Assembly (NCBI GenBank): GCA_964016885.1
Contig: OZ024741.1
Coordinates: 620,001 to 684,000 of the forward strand
Length of the DNA stretch: 64,000 nt
DNA from: Eledone cirrhosa
Lineage: Eukaryota
Direction: 5' to 3'
Below, piece after piece: positions 1-12,110 of the stretch. A model generated the notes under the pieces. The model searched no databases and had not been told where the DNA came from. It saw nothing but the letters and a program-made list of their open reading frames with translations. How positions within the stretch are numbered: position 1 is the first letter of the stretch; every line of letters starts with the position of its first letter. The translations under genes were made by a program, and so were the position numbers.

Positions 1-75
1 GCTGCCATAAAATGGGTGGTGCAACCTAATTTTGGTAACTTAATGACCCCGAGCAACGCCGGGCTTTAATGCTAG
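1..75 (+). mobile_element. Helitron 3' terminus (element extends left of window)
   Basis: Near-identical to 26025-26095; subterminal hairpin CCCG-agcaacgc-CGGG (48-63) then CTAG (72-75) followed by T. Confidence 0.85.
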
Positions 76-223
76 TGTATATATATATGTATGTATGTAT
101 ATATGTATGTATATGTATGTATATATATATGTATATATATATATGTATATATATGTATGTATGTATATGTATGTATATATATGTATATATATGTATGTAT
201 GTATATGTATGTATATATATATG

Positions 224-261
<38 letters not shown>

Positions 262-273
262 TATGTATGTATA
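76..273. repeat. (TA)n/(TATG)n microsatellite; similar tracts at 650-880, 1491-1514, 2138-2457, 3067-3106, 5299-5590, 7221-7320, 7944-8358, 8632-8690, 9308-9405
   Basis: Directly visible; source of the Y/I/C/M/V-rich spurious ORFs. Confidence 0.98.
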
Positions 274-650
274 TGACACACGACCGTGACTTCTGGCGTC
301 ACGCAGTAATACAGGGTACCCGACCTCCCATGGGTACATGCTGAAGCATATAAACAATATGCCCCCCCCCCCCCCCACCGCAAGGTGGTCGTGGAGGTGC
401 CACGGCAAAAAAGCACCCAGCCCACACTGTAAAGTGGACGTGTAGGCGCCACGAAAAAGCACCCAGCACTCACTGTAAATGAGGTTGGTGTTAGGAAGGG
501 CATCCAGCTGTAGAAATCAAGCCAGATCAGTTCCTGTATGAGCAAGGCATGGTCAGCCGACCAGACACTGCCCACAACAGGACAACCCGTCTAACCCATG
601 CTAGCGTGGAAGAACGGACGTAAAACGGTGATGATGATGATGATGATGAT
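272..650 (+). mobile_element. 5'-truncated RTE LINE 3' end with (GAT)n tail
   Basis: [17 protein letters not shown] resembles the C-terminus [17 protein letters not shown] of the RTE at 5590-6818; shared 3'UTR motif ggttggtgttaggaagggcatccagctgtagaaa; ends in gatgatgat. Confidence 0.8.
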
Positions 651-656
651 GTATGT

Positions 657-729
<73 letters not shown>

Positions 730-880
730 TATGTATGTATATATATATATGTATATATATATATGTATGTATATATATATATGTATGTATATATATATGT
801 ATGTATATATATATGTATGTATATATATATGTATGTATGTATATATATATGTATGTATATATATATGTATGTATATATAT

Positions 881-1490
881 GTCAGGTCACCAGTTGGTGC
901 TACTGGTAACATGTATCCCAGTACAACCTGTCTCATGGTCGGGTCGTTGGCGACTAAACTGGCAACCCCACCAAGGTTTCTTGGTGAGGAGGGTGACTTT
1001 GGACATCCTGCAGGACTAAAAACAAAACCTGTCAAAGGGCAAAGGAGCTCTTAAGAGTCAATGGCCATCCAAAATCACCGGGAGAGATGACCCCTTAGCC
1101 TTTGTCAAGGCAGAATTCTAGGAGAAGGAAAACTCTGATATAACACCTGCAACCCTGATGGTATCCAATGATGTTGACTTGTTCTTCTTTTTGGTAAATA
1201 TCATCTTGGTTAAGAGAGTGGGACTGGCTTTGTGCAGTGCCTTTGCTCACTATAAAAGCTTCACGGCACAGGCATTGCTTTATATCTGGAGATCTCTCTG
1301 CACTTGTCGTCACATGGTACCATGGGCCCTGCACTATGTGTCAGTAATTGTCACAAGTGTAGTGTTTGTACCAGAGTTTTCAAGTCGCTGGCTGGACTAA
1401 AAAGTCACACTCGTTCAGCGCATCGGTAGGGGTTCTCCTACATGGATATAAAGTAGTGGCCGTACTCGAAAACGAGTTGGCAGCCACCAT
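881..1490 (+). mobile_element. ~610-bp bipartite non-autonomous RTE derivative (SINE-like), copy 1
   Basis: Near-identical to 2458-3066 and 8698-9307; RTE 5'UTR-like motif ggagaaggaaaactctga; degenerate finger CSVCTRVFKSLAGLKSHTRSAH; 3' end tggccgtactcgaaaacgagttggcagccaccat resembles the RTE 3' end at 2104-2137. Confidence 0.8.
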
Positions 1491-1514
1491 GTATATATAT
1501 ATGTATGTATATAT

Positions 1515-1906
1515 ATCGCACACGAGAAAGTAAAGCGGGACGTGAGGAAGGGTATTGCTGTTGCACTTCCAGACGGCGAGGGTCCTCCTATGTTTCTGAC
1601 ATGCAGCGTCTGTGCGAGACTCTGCCTAAGCAAAGCTGGACTCGAAAGTCATCTTCGCAGTCATAAAGTAAGACCAGTGGTTGACTACCAGGCTGCTGTT
1701 GGAGATGCTACTCATCATGCTTGCCAAACATGTGGTAGAGAATGTAAATCAGCAGGAGGACTCAAGCGACATGCAAAAGTACACGAACTCCAACCACAGC
1801 CGACTATTCCCAGTAAATGTTTTGGTTGCCGACTCTGTGCAAGACATTTTGGATCATTGGCTGGGCTAAAAAGCCACATTCGATCGCAGCACTGTTAGTT
1901 GCTATC

Positions 1907-1944
<38 letters not shown>

Positions 1945-2023
1945 GCTTATGTGCGTGCGTGTGTGTGTATATATATATGAATATGTATATTATTATTGTT
2001 GTTGTCGTTATTATTATTATTGC

Positions 2024-2072
<49 letters not shown>

Positions 2073-2137
2073 TTTTTTTTTTTTTTTTTTTTTTATTGTG
2101 CAATGGCCATACTCGATAACGAGGGGGCAGCCATCAT
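1515..2137 (+). mobile_element. 5'-truncated copy of the zinc-finger RTE (3x C2H2 + 3'UTR)
   Basis: Near-identical to 4676-5298; ORF 1542-1898 has CSVC..HLRSH, CQTC..HAKVH, CRLC..HIRSQH. Confidence 0.9.
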
Positions 2138-2182
2138 GTATATATATATGTATATATATATGTATGTATATATATATGTATG

Positions 2183-2222
<40 letters not shown>

Positions 2223-2283
2223 TGTATGTATATATATATGTATGTATATATATATGTATGTATATATGTATATATATGTATGT

Positions 2284-2324
<41 letters not shown>

Positions 2325-2381
2325 TATGTATATATATATATGTATGTATATATGTATATATATATATGTATGTATATATGT

Positions 2382-2422
<41 letters not shown>

Positions 2423-2457
2423 TATATGTATGTATATATATATATGTATGTATGTAT

Positions 2458-3066
2458 GTCAGGTCACCAGTGGTGCTACTGGTAACATGTATCCCAGTAC
2501 AACCTGTCTCATGGTCGGGTCATTGGCGACTAAACTGGCAACCCCACCAAGGTTTCTTGGTGAGGAGGGTGACTTTGGACATCCTGCAGGACTAAAAACA
2601 AAACCTGTCAAAGGGCAAAGGAGCTCTTAAGAGTCAATGGCCATCCAAAATCACCGGGAGAGATGACCCCTTAGCCTTTGTCAAGGCAGAATTCTAGGAG
2701 AAGGAAAACTCTGATATAACACCTGCAACCCTAATGGTATCCAATGATGTTGACTTGTTCTTCTTTTTGGTAAATATCATCTTGGTTAAGAGAGTGGGGC
2801 TGGTTTTGTGCAGTGCCTTTGCTCACTATAAAAGCTTCACGGCACAGGCATTGCTTTATATCTGGAGATCTCTCTGCACTTGTCGTCACATGGTACCATG
2901 GGCCTAGCACTATGTGTCAATAATTGTCACAAGTGTAGTGTTTGTACCAGAGTTTTCAAGTCGCTGGCTGGACTAAAAAGTCACACTTGTTTAGCGCATC
3001 GGTAGGGGTTCTCCTACATGGATATAAAGTAGTGGCCGTACTCGAAAACGAGTTGGCAGCCACCAT
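2458..3066 (+). mobile_element. Bipartite non-autonomous RTE derivative, copy 2
   Basis: Same start (gtcaggtcacc) and end (ggcagccaccat) as copy 1. Confidence 0.8.
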
Positions 3067-3106
3067 ATGTATGTATATATATGTATGTATATGTATGTAT
3101 ATATAT

Positions 3107-5298
3107 ATTTCGAAGCTGAACAGTGGAAGATCTCCAGGTATGGATGGCATACATGCTGAGCTCCTACAATATGGTGGTGAGAGACTCCTGCAACATCTTC
3201 ACTCTTTGTTTGGCAGGATATGGGCTAATGAATCCGTACCTGAGGACTGGAGAGATGCAGTAATGGTGGTCTTGTACAAGTGAAAGGGTAACAGGAACGA
3301 TTGTGGGGACTACAGAGGTATATCATTGCTTTCTGTCGTAGGGAAAGTTTTATGTAGGGTGCTTCTGGACCGTCTGCTGACACACATTGCAGATTGTGTT
3401 CTTCCTGAAAGTCAATCTGGTTTTCATGCTGGACGCGGCACTACTGATATGATCTTCTCAGCTAGACAGCTCCAGGAGAAGTGCATGGAACAAGGCTTGG
3501 ATCTGTATCAGGTTTTTGTCGATCTGACAAAAGCTTTCGATACTGTTAACAGAGATGCATTATGGAAGGTTCTCCAGAAACTTGGTTGCCCTGATAAGTT
3601 CCTTGCTTTAGTTAGGTCTTTCCATGACGACATGAAGGCTTGGGTTAATGTCGGGGGTAACATGTCGGAGCCTATCTCAGTAAAAAATGGAGTGAAACAG
3701 GGGGATATTCCAGCACCGACCCTGTTTGCCATATACTTTGCAATAGTTTTCTGTATTGCATTCAGGAATTGCGAGCATGGTGTTTACATCCGATATCGAA
3801 CCTCAGGCAGCATATTTAACATCAGGCGCTTTGCTGCGAAGACAAAAGTATTTACATCAATCATAAGAGACCTCTTGTATGCAGATGATTGCGATCTTGT
3901 AGCGCACACAGAGAGTGATATGCAGCACATTTTGAATGCATTTCCTGACGCTTGCACTGCCCTAGGTCTGACTGTCAGTCTCAAGAAAACCGTCGTCATG
4001 TACCAACCTGCCCCTGGTAAGCAGTACACTGAACCAAACATCTATGTGTATGGCAAACGACTTGGAGTGGTTGATCAGTTTGTCTACCTGGGAAGCACTG
4101 TCAATCGATACAGCAACCTTGACAGTGAAATCTCACTTAGGATTAGGAAAGCAAGTGATGCTTTCGGAAAGCTAGAAAGGCGACTCTGGGGTCGGCGAGA
4201 CATATGCAGGAGGACAAAGGTAAAGGTGTATAGGGCATGTGTGCTCTCTTTTCTTCTTTATGCCTGCGAGACCTGGGTCACATATCGACGCCACCTTAAG
4301 CAATTGGAGCGTTTCCATCAGATGTGCCTCAGACGGATCCATGGCGTTCACTGAAGGGACCACATCAGTGATGTCGAGATTTTGGAAAGCTCTATGTGTG
4401 ACAGTGTAGAAGCTCTTGTGCTTAAGCAACGACTCCGTTGGAGTGGTCACCTTGCCTGGATGAAGGATTCTAGAATACCAAAACAACTCTTTTATGGAGA
4501 GTTGGTTAAAGGAAAACGACCGCCACATAAACCAAAAAAGAGGTATAAGGATTCCTTGAAAGCCTCTCTGAAAGACGCTAACATCTCTGCTGATACATGG
4601 GAGAATATCGCTGCTGATCGTAATAAATGGAGAAAGACTGTATATGAGGGAAAAGTTGCCTTTGAGGCATCTCGAATCGCATACGAGAAAGTAAAGCGGG
4701 ATGTGAGGAAGGGCATTGCTGTTGCACTTCCAGACGGCGAGGGTCCTCCTATGGTGCTGACATGCAGCGTATGTGCGAGACTCTACCTAAGCAAAGCTGG
4801 ACTCGAAAGTCATCTTCGCAGTCATAAAGTAAGACCAGTGGTTGACTACCAGGCTGCTGTTGGAGATGCTACTCATCATGCTTGCCAAACATGTGGTAGA
4901 GAATGTAAATCAGCAGGAGGGCTCAAGCGACATGCAAAAGTACACAAATTCCAACCACAGCCGACTATTCCCAGTAAATGTTTTGGTTGCCGACTCTGTG
5001 CAAGACATTTTAGATCATTGGCTGGGCTAAAAAGCCACATTCGATCGTAGCGCTGTTAGTTGCTATCGTGTGTGTGTGTGTGTGTAGATATGCTTTTGTG
5101 TGTGCGTGTGTGTGTATATATATGTATATTATTATCATTGTTGTTATTAATGTATGTGTGTGTGTGTATATATGTATGTATATGTATATATATATATATA
5201 TTTTTTTTTCTTTTTATTTATTTATTATTATTATTATTATTTTTTTTTTTTTTTTCTCGTGCAATGGACATACTTGATAACGAGGGGGCAGCCATCAT
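3107..5298 (+). mobile_element. RTE-clade LINE, 5'-truncated, RT plus three C-terminal C2H2 fingers; pseudogenised
   Basis: ORFs 2942-3283, 3326-4354 and 4382-5050 are one frame broken by stops at 3281, 4352 and 5048; motifs GRSPGMDGI, ESQSGF, FVDLTKAFDTVNR, GVKQGD, LLYADD, FVYLGS, LYACETW, RLRWSGH. Confidence 0.93.
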
Positions 5299-5317
5299 GT
5301 ATATATATATATGTATG

Positions 5318-5406
<89 letters not shown>

Positions 5407-5424
5407 GTATGTGTATGTATATGT

Positions 5425-5456
<32 letters not shown>

Positions 5457-5589
5457 GTATATATATATGTATATATATATATATGTATATATATATGTAT
5501 ATATATATATATGTATATATATATGTATATATATATATATATATATGTGTATATATATATATGTATATATATATATGTATATATATATA

Positions 5590-7220
5590 TTGTCGACTTG
5601 GAGAAAGCCTTCGACAGAGTTCCCCGCTCCATTATCTGGTGGGCTCTTAGAAAACTAGGCGCTGACGAATGGCTTGTGAGGGCTATACAAGCCATGTATA
5701 AAGAAACAGTCAGCAAGGTTAGAATTAACAACGAATATAGTGAAGAGTTTAGCGTAAAAGTTGGCGTCCATCAGGGCTCTGTTCTCAGCCCCCTACTATT
5801 TATTATTGCCCTTCAGGCTATAACAGAGGAGTTCAAGACAGGCTGCCCATGGGAACTCCTATACGCAGACGACCTGACACTCATAGCGGAATCAATGGCC
5901 GAGCTAGAGAAGAAATTCCAAACATGGAAGCACGGCCTAGAGTCAAAAGGACTTAAAATTAACCTGGCTAAGACCAAAGTTCTAGTTTGTAGGAAAGAAA
6001 ACAAGGTGGCGATCCCTTCTGGGAAATGGTCGTGCTCGGTGTGTAGGAAAGGCGTAGGTAGAAACTCCATTTTATGTCCTAAATGCAAAGTATGGGTGCA
6101 TAAAAGATGTAGTGGGATCACAGGTAAGCTAACTAAGAACATAGATTTTACATGTGGCCGGTGTTCTGGTGCAATAAGTAGCAGCAAGTGCCCACAAAAT
6201 ACTAGCTCTTTCAATTGCGCAGAGGGTTCTATAGAAATAGTGGACAGCTTCCGTTACCTGGGCGATAAAATCAGCAGTGGGGGAGGGTGCTCTGAAAGTA
6301 CTGTAGCTAGAGTCAGAACTGGTTGGAAAAAGTTCAGAGAGCTTATACCACTATTAGCTGCTAAAGGGTTCTCCCTAAAAATGAAAGGCAGGTTGTACGA
6401 TGCCTGCATACGAACAGCAATGCTGCATGGCAGTGAGACCTGGGCATTGTGTGCAGAGGATATACGCAGACTAGAGAGGAACGAAGCTTGCATGCTCCGC
6501 TGGATGTGTAACAGTAATATACGTGAACAGCAAAGCATAAACGAACTAAGGAAAAAATTAGAGATAAGAGGGATCAGATGCTGTTTACTCGAGAGAAGGC
6601 TACGTTGGTATGGACACGTGATGCGCATGAAAGTCGATAGCTGTATAACAAAGTGCAGGGCAATAAAGATAGACGGTAGTCACGGAATAGGCAGACCTAG
6701 AAAAACCTGGGACGAGCTGATAAACTCCGACATCACACACTTACACCTCTCCAAGACAATGTCACTGGACCGAGACCTTTGGCGGTACTCAGTAACAGAG
6801 AAGACCCGCCTTACCTAAATATATAGTAAAACCTACTCCAGCCAGTAGGCATCTCTAACAAAATACACCCCGTCCCACCCCCCCCCCCCACCCCCACCCC
6901 ATCCACACCACCCCGTTCTATGTAAAGTTATGTTGGTGCCGCGCCATCCAGGCCGAAACAAATGAGATCGTGTAGGTGTCACGACAAAAAAACACACAGT
7001 CCACGCTGTAATGTGGCCGTGTAGGCAACACGGTAAAAACCTCCCAGACCCACACTGTAAATGTGGTTGGTGTTAAGAAGGGCATCCAACTGTAGAAAAC
7101 CTGCCAGACAGTCCTATGCGAGCAAGACAATCACTCTTGCTTCAAGTGGGACTACCCCCGTCCAAACCCATGCAAGCGTGGAACACGGACGTTAAACGTT
7201 GATGATGATTATGATGATGA
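5590..7220 (+). mobile_element. RTE-clade LINE, 5'-truncated, open RT (5590-6818) with inserted PHD-type finger; 3'UTR with (GAT)n tail
   Basis: [61 protein letters not shown]; C4HC3 module CSVC/CPKC/HKRC/CGRC. Confidence 0.93.
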
Positions 7221-7277
<57 letters not shown>

Positions 7278-7319
7278 GTATATGTATATATATATATATG
7301 TATATATATATGTATATAT

Positions 7320-7943
7320 GAGAGTATTGAAGTTTGCTTGAAGCATTGTGGAACAATAAGTAAATATCTTTAAGTCGTTTGGAAGCCTCGACAATGCAAA
7401 TGGGTAAATCTCCGGGTAACAAGGTCCGGTGGTGGAGAGAGAGATGTAAGTGGGTGTACGTTGAGATGCGTGGTGTGTATAAGATGTGTGAGATGTGTAG
7501 AATGGAGGGAAGAGTAAAAGGATAAAAATAAAAATAACAACACAAGAGAGAGTTACCAAGGGAGAGATTTAATAGTCCCTATATATTTCGGATTCACATC
7601 CATCAACTGGGGTTTTTTTCCGGGGTGGGGGAAAAGGTCTGTCGGACAAGTCCGGAAGGCGTCTTTTGCTGTTTGCTGATTTTTCCCCCACCCCGGAAAA
7701 AAAACCCCAGTTGATGGATGTGAATCCGAAATATATAGGGACTATTAAATCTCTCCCAAGGTAACTCTCTCTTGTGTTGTTATTTTTATTTTTATCCTTT
7801 TACTCTTCCCTCCATTCTACACATCTCACACATCTTATACACACCACGCATCTCAACGTACACCCACTTACATCTCTCTCTCCACCACCGGACCTTGTTA
7901 CCCGGAGATTTACCCATTTGCATTGTCGAGGCTTCCAAACGAC
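7320..7943. mobile_element. Inverted repeat (arms 7374-7635 / 7681-7943), probable Penelope-like pseudo-LTR remnant
   Basis: Arms are near-perfect reverse complements of ~262 bp with a 45-bp spacer; each carries a minimal hammerhead-like motif. The inverted repeat is certain; the Penelope assignment is inferred. Confidence 0.65.
7705..7740 (+). ncRNA. Minimal type I hammerhead-like motif with variant core (mirror copy at 7577-7612, minus)
   Basis: ccc-CAGTTGA-t-GGA tgtgaa TCC-GAAA-tatata-ggg: stem I, stem II, GAAA, palindromic stem III; core differs from CUGAUGA at two positions. Confidence 0.4.
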
Positions 7944-8358
7944 ATATATGTATATATATATATATATGTATATATGTATATATATATATGTATATGTGTA
8001 TGTATATATATGTGTATGTATATATATGTGTATGTATATATATGTATGTATGTATATATATGTATGTATGTATATATATATATGTATGTATATATATATG
8101 TATGTATATATATATGTATGTATATATATATATATATGTATGTATATATATATATGTATGTATATATATATATGTATGTATATATATATATGTATGTATA
8201 TATATATATGTGTATATATATATATATGTGTATATATATATGTTTATGTATGTGTATGTTTATGTATGTGTATGTATATATGTATGTGTATGTATATATA
8301 TATATGTATGTGTATGTATATATATATATGTATGTATATATATATGTATGTGTATGTA

Positions 8359-8631
8359 TGGTTAAGAGAGTGGGACTGGCTTTGTGCAGTGCCTTTGCTC
8401 ACTATAAAAGCTCTACGGCACAGGCGTTGCTTTATATCTTAAGATCTCTCTGCACTTGTCGTCACATGGTACCAACACTATGTGTCAATAATTGTCACAA
8501 GTGTAGTGTTTGTACCAGAGTTTTCAAGTCGCTGGCTGAACTAAAAAGTCACACTTGTTCAACGCATTGGTAGTTCTCCTACATGGATATAAAGTAGTGG
8601 CCGTACTCGAAAATGAGTTGGCAGCCACCAT
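8359..8631 (+). mobile_element. Bipartite RTE derivative, 5'-truncated copy 3
   Basis: Matches about 1206-1490 with more divergence and small deletions. Confidence 0.8.
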
Positions 8632-8697
8632 ATGTATGTGTATGTATGTATGTATGTATGTATATATATATGTATGTATATATATATATAAGTTTAT

Positions 8698-9307
8698 GTC
8701 AGGTCACCAGTTGGTGCTACTGGTAACATGTATCCCAGTACAACCTGTCTCATGGTCGGGTCGTTGGCGACTAAACTGGCAACCCCACCAAGGTTTCTTG
8801 GTGAGGAGGGTGACTTTGGACATCCTGTAGGACTAAAAACAAAACCTGTCAAAGGGCAAAGGAGCTCTTAAGAGTCAATGGCCATCCAAAATCACCGGGA
8901 GAGATGACCCCTTAGCCTTTGTCAAGGCAGAATTCTAGGAGAAGGAAAACTCTGATATAACACCTGCAACCCTGATGGTATCCAATGATGTTGACTTGTT
9001 CTTCTTTTTGGTAAATATCATCTTGGTTAAGAGAGTGGGACTGGCTTTGTGCAGTGCTTTTGCTCACTATAAAAGCTTCACGGCACAGGCATTGCTTTAT
9101 ATCTGGAGATCTCTCTGCACTTGTCCTCACATGGTACCATGGGCCCAGCACTATGTGTCAATAATTGTCACAAGTGTAGTGTTTGTACCAGAGTTTTCAA
9201 GTCGCTGGCTGGACTAAAATGTCACACTCGTTCAGCTCTTCGGTAGGGGTTCTCCTACATGGATATAAAGTAGTGGCCGTACTCGAAAACGAGTTGGCAG
9301 CCACCAT
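8698..9307 (+). mobile_element. Bipartite RTE derivative, copy 4
   Basis: Full-length match to 881-1490. Confidence 0.8.
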
Positions 9308-9523
9308 ATATATATGTATGTGTATGTATATATGCATGTATATATATATATATATATGTATGTGTATGTATATATGTATGTATATATATATATGTATGTA
9401 TATATGAGGAAAACTCCCCCCTCCTCATTCTTGCTTTCTTCTAATTCGTATTCCTAATTTTAAGCCTACCTTAACTCGCAACTATACAGCCACGCTATTC
9501 TCCATATATACATATATATATGT

Positions 9524-9940
9524 CATCATCATCATCATCATCATCTTCGTTTAACGCCCATCTTCCATGCTAGCATGGGTTAGACAGGAGTTGCCCCACT
9601 TGAGGCAAGGTTGGTCAGGTGACCAGTGTCTCGCTCATATAGGGCTGTATCTGGCAGGTTTTCTACGGCTGGATGCCCTTCCTAACACCAACCACATTTA
9701 CAGTGTGGACTGGGAACTTTTTATCATGTTACCTACATGGCCACATTACAGCGTGGACTGTGTGTGTTTTGTCGTGACACCTACACGATCTCAATTTCAT
9801 TATCTCATTTATTTGGACTGGATGTTGTGGTACCAACTTTACAGAGAGAAGGTGGTGTTAGTGGGAGGTTAGGGGTAGTGGATTGTGGTGTATATTTGGT
9901 TAAGAGGTGCCTACTGACTAGGTTTCGCTTTGTACATAGG
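9524..9940 (-). mobile_element. RTE 3'UTR copy with (GAT)n tail
   Basis: Reverse complement resembles 6828-7220; a further plus-strand tail fragment lies at 9945-9997. Confidence 0.75.
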
Positions 9941-10339
9941 CAAGGCGGGAACCCATGCTAACTTGGAAGATAGACTTTAAACGATGATGATGATGATATA
10001 TGTTTACAGGTAGAAACTGTTTAAAAATTTGACAGGCTACCTTATTTTACATTATCAGACCTGTCAGTGAGGCTTGATGTCATGCTGAATTTTCTAGAAT
10101 TACGTTAATGTTACACAAGCCTACAGATTTCTCAGCCTTTTGCACTTTCACAAGTAGGCTGTTCCATTGATTGAACAAGTGGAACAATCATTGTTAAAGG
10201 TGACATATATTGTATATACACTAACACACCCTGAAAAACATTCAGCCAGATTTAAGTGGTTTATATATAGAAACAGCCTAAGGTTTTTTATGTTTATACT
10301 TCTAGCTAATTATTTTAGGTTTCACCACAAGCTAAACTA

Positions 10340-10945
10340 CGTCACCACTGACATCAGAGGTTGAACTTATGTTACCATTGACATCACAGGTTTAACGTAC
10401 ACTACCACCAACATTACAAGTTCAACCTATATTACCATTGACATCTCAGGTTTAACGTACACTACCACCAACATTACAAGTTCAACCTATATTACCATTG
10501 ACATCTCAGGTTTAGCGTACATACCACCAACATTACAAGTTCAACCTATATTACCATTGACATCTCAGGTTTAACGTACACTACCACCAACATTACAAGT
10601 TCAACCTATATTACCATTGACATCTCAGGTTTAGCGTACATACCACCAACATTACAAGTTCAACCTATATTACCATTGACATCTCAGGTTTAACGTACAC
10701 TACCACCAACATTACAAGTTCAACCTATATTACCATTGACATCTCAGGTTTAACGTACACTACCACCAACATTACAAGTTCAACCTATATTACCATTGAC
10801 ATCTCAGGTTTAACGTACACTACCACCAACATTACAAGTTCAACCTATATTACCATTGACATCACAGGTTTAACGTACACTACCACCAACATTACAAGTT
10901 CAACCTATATTACCATTAACATCTCAGGTTCAACATTCACCATTG
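10340..10945. repeat. 60-bp minisatellite (~10 units) made of two related 30-bp halves
   Basis: Unit acattacaagttcaacctatattaccattg|acatctcaggtttaacgtacactaccacca. Confidence 0.95.
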
Positions 10946-11889
10946 ATATCATCAGAGATTTAAATTCCGTGGTAATTACACCATCAGGAGTTTATAGTTT
11001 TTGTATATTTTTTAAGTTTGATTTTAGAATGTTTGTTACACACATACATGCACACACATACAATATACAAGCTACTACATGCTAGAAATAGTGGCTAAAG
11101 CTCCATAAAATGATGCATAACTGTCTTTAAAAAAATAACAAGAGGTATGATGGTCATGTCTGGAATATATTTGATCATAGTTGTGTTCAGAGCTAACTGA
11201 TGCTAAACACATTATATTATCTATGTTTGTGTGTGTATATATATACACACGCACACATATTTGTAAAAAGTATCTTTGTTTTATCTTTTTAACTTTCTAT
11301 TTGAAACAAAATATGTTAATATAAATAATTGCTTTTATTTCATTATATTTATAAAAACTTCTTATTTTGACTTTTGTAATTAATAAAGATAAATAAATGA
11401 AATTGTAGCTTTATTTTCTTCATCTACTGCATGTAGGTCTCAAACAATTTCTTGTTAAATTTAACCACTTTGTGTGGTGGAGTAGGCTGACCTTTAACAA
11501 AGAACACTCTGTTGCTAACATTCATACCAAGTCAACAATCTGAAGATAATAAAAGGGTTATGGAGTCAACCCATACTTCCAATTATCACAGAGACTATGA
11601 AAAGGGTCATGGACACTGTCTTTCTTCCCACAGATCCGAGGAACATTGGAAAGGGTCATGAAATAATTGCAAGATATTTCAACAATTCAAAAAATAAAAA
11701 AGATAAAACAGCGGTATAACTTCCTCAAGTATAAATTTTATTAATTTTCATTTCAAAAATATATTTTTAAAATTATAAATAAATATAAAAAATATAAATC
11801 CTTTAGTGAAATATTTGGCCCGCAATATATGTTTGTGTGTGTGAGGTTATATATATAGCTTAATAGTATTTACAACTACTGACATGTAT

Positions 11890-12110
11890 GATGGTAGTGC
11901 TGGTGTCACAAGAAAAGCACCCAGTCCACCCTGTAGAGCTGGTGCTATGAAAAAGAATCTTCCAGTACATACTCTAAAAAAATTTGCATTAGAAAGGGCA
12001 TCCAGCTGTATAAAACTAAGCCAAAAACAAATTGCAAGGTGTCACCTAAACACTGACTTTATAATGTGACAACCCAACAAAAGGGGTGTTAAATGGTGAT
12101 GACTATGATA
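11890..12110 (+). mobile_element. Degenerate RTE-tail/SINE fragment
   Basis: aaaagcacccagtccac..gcattagaaagggcatccagctgta matches the repeated RTE 3'UTR. Confidence 0.55.

Noticed and set aside
1542-1898. Host C2H2 zinc-finger transcription factor gene
   Set aside because: Near-identical to the C-terminus of the RTE ORF at 4382-5050 and carries the same 3'UTR; no TGEKP linkers.
40-9407. Numerous Y/I/C/M/V/H-rich ORFs
   Set aside because: Translations of (TA)/(TATG) microsatellites, which lack stop codons.
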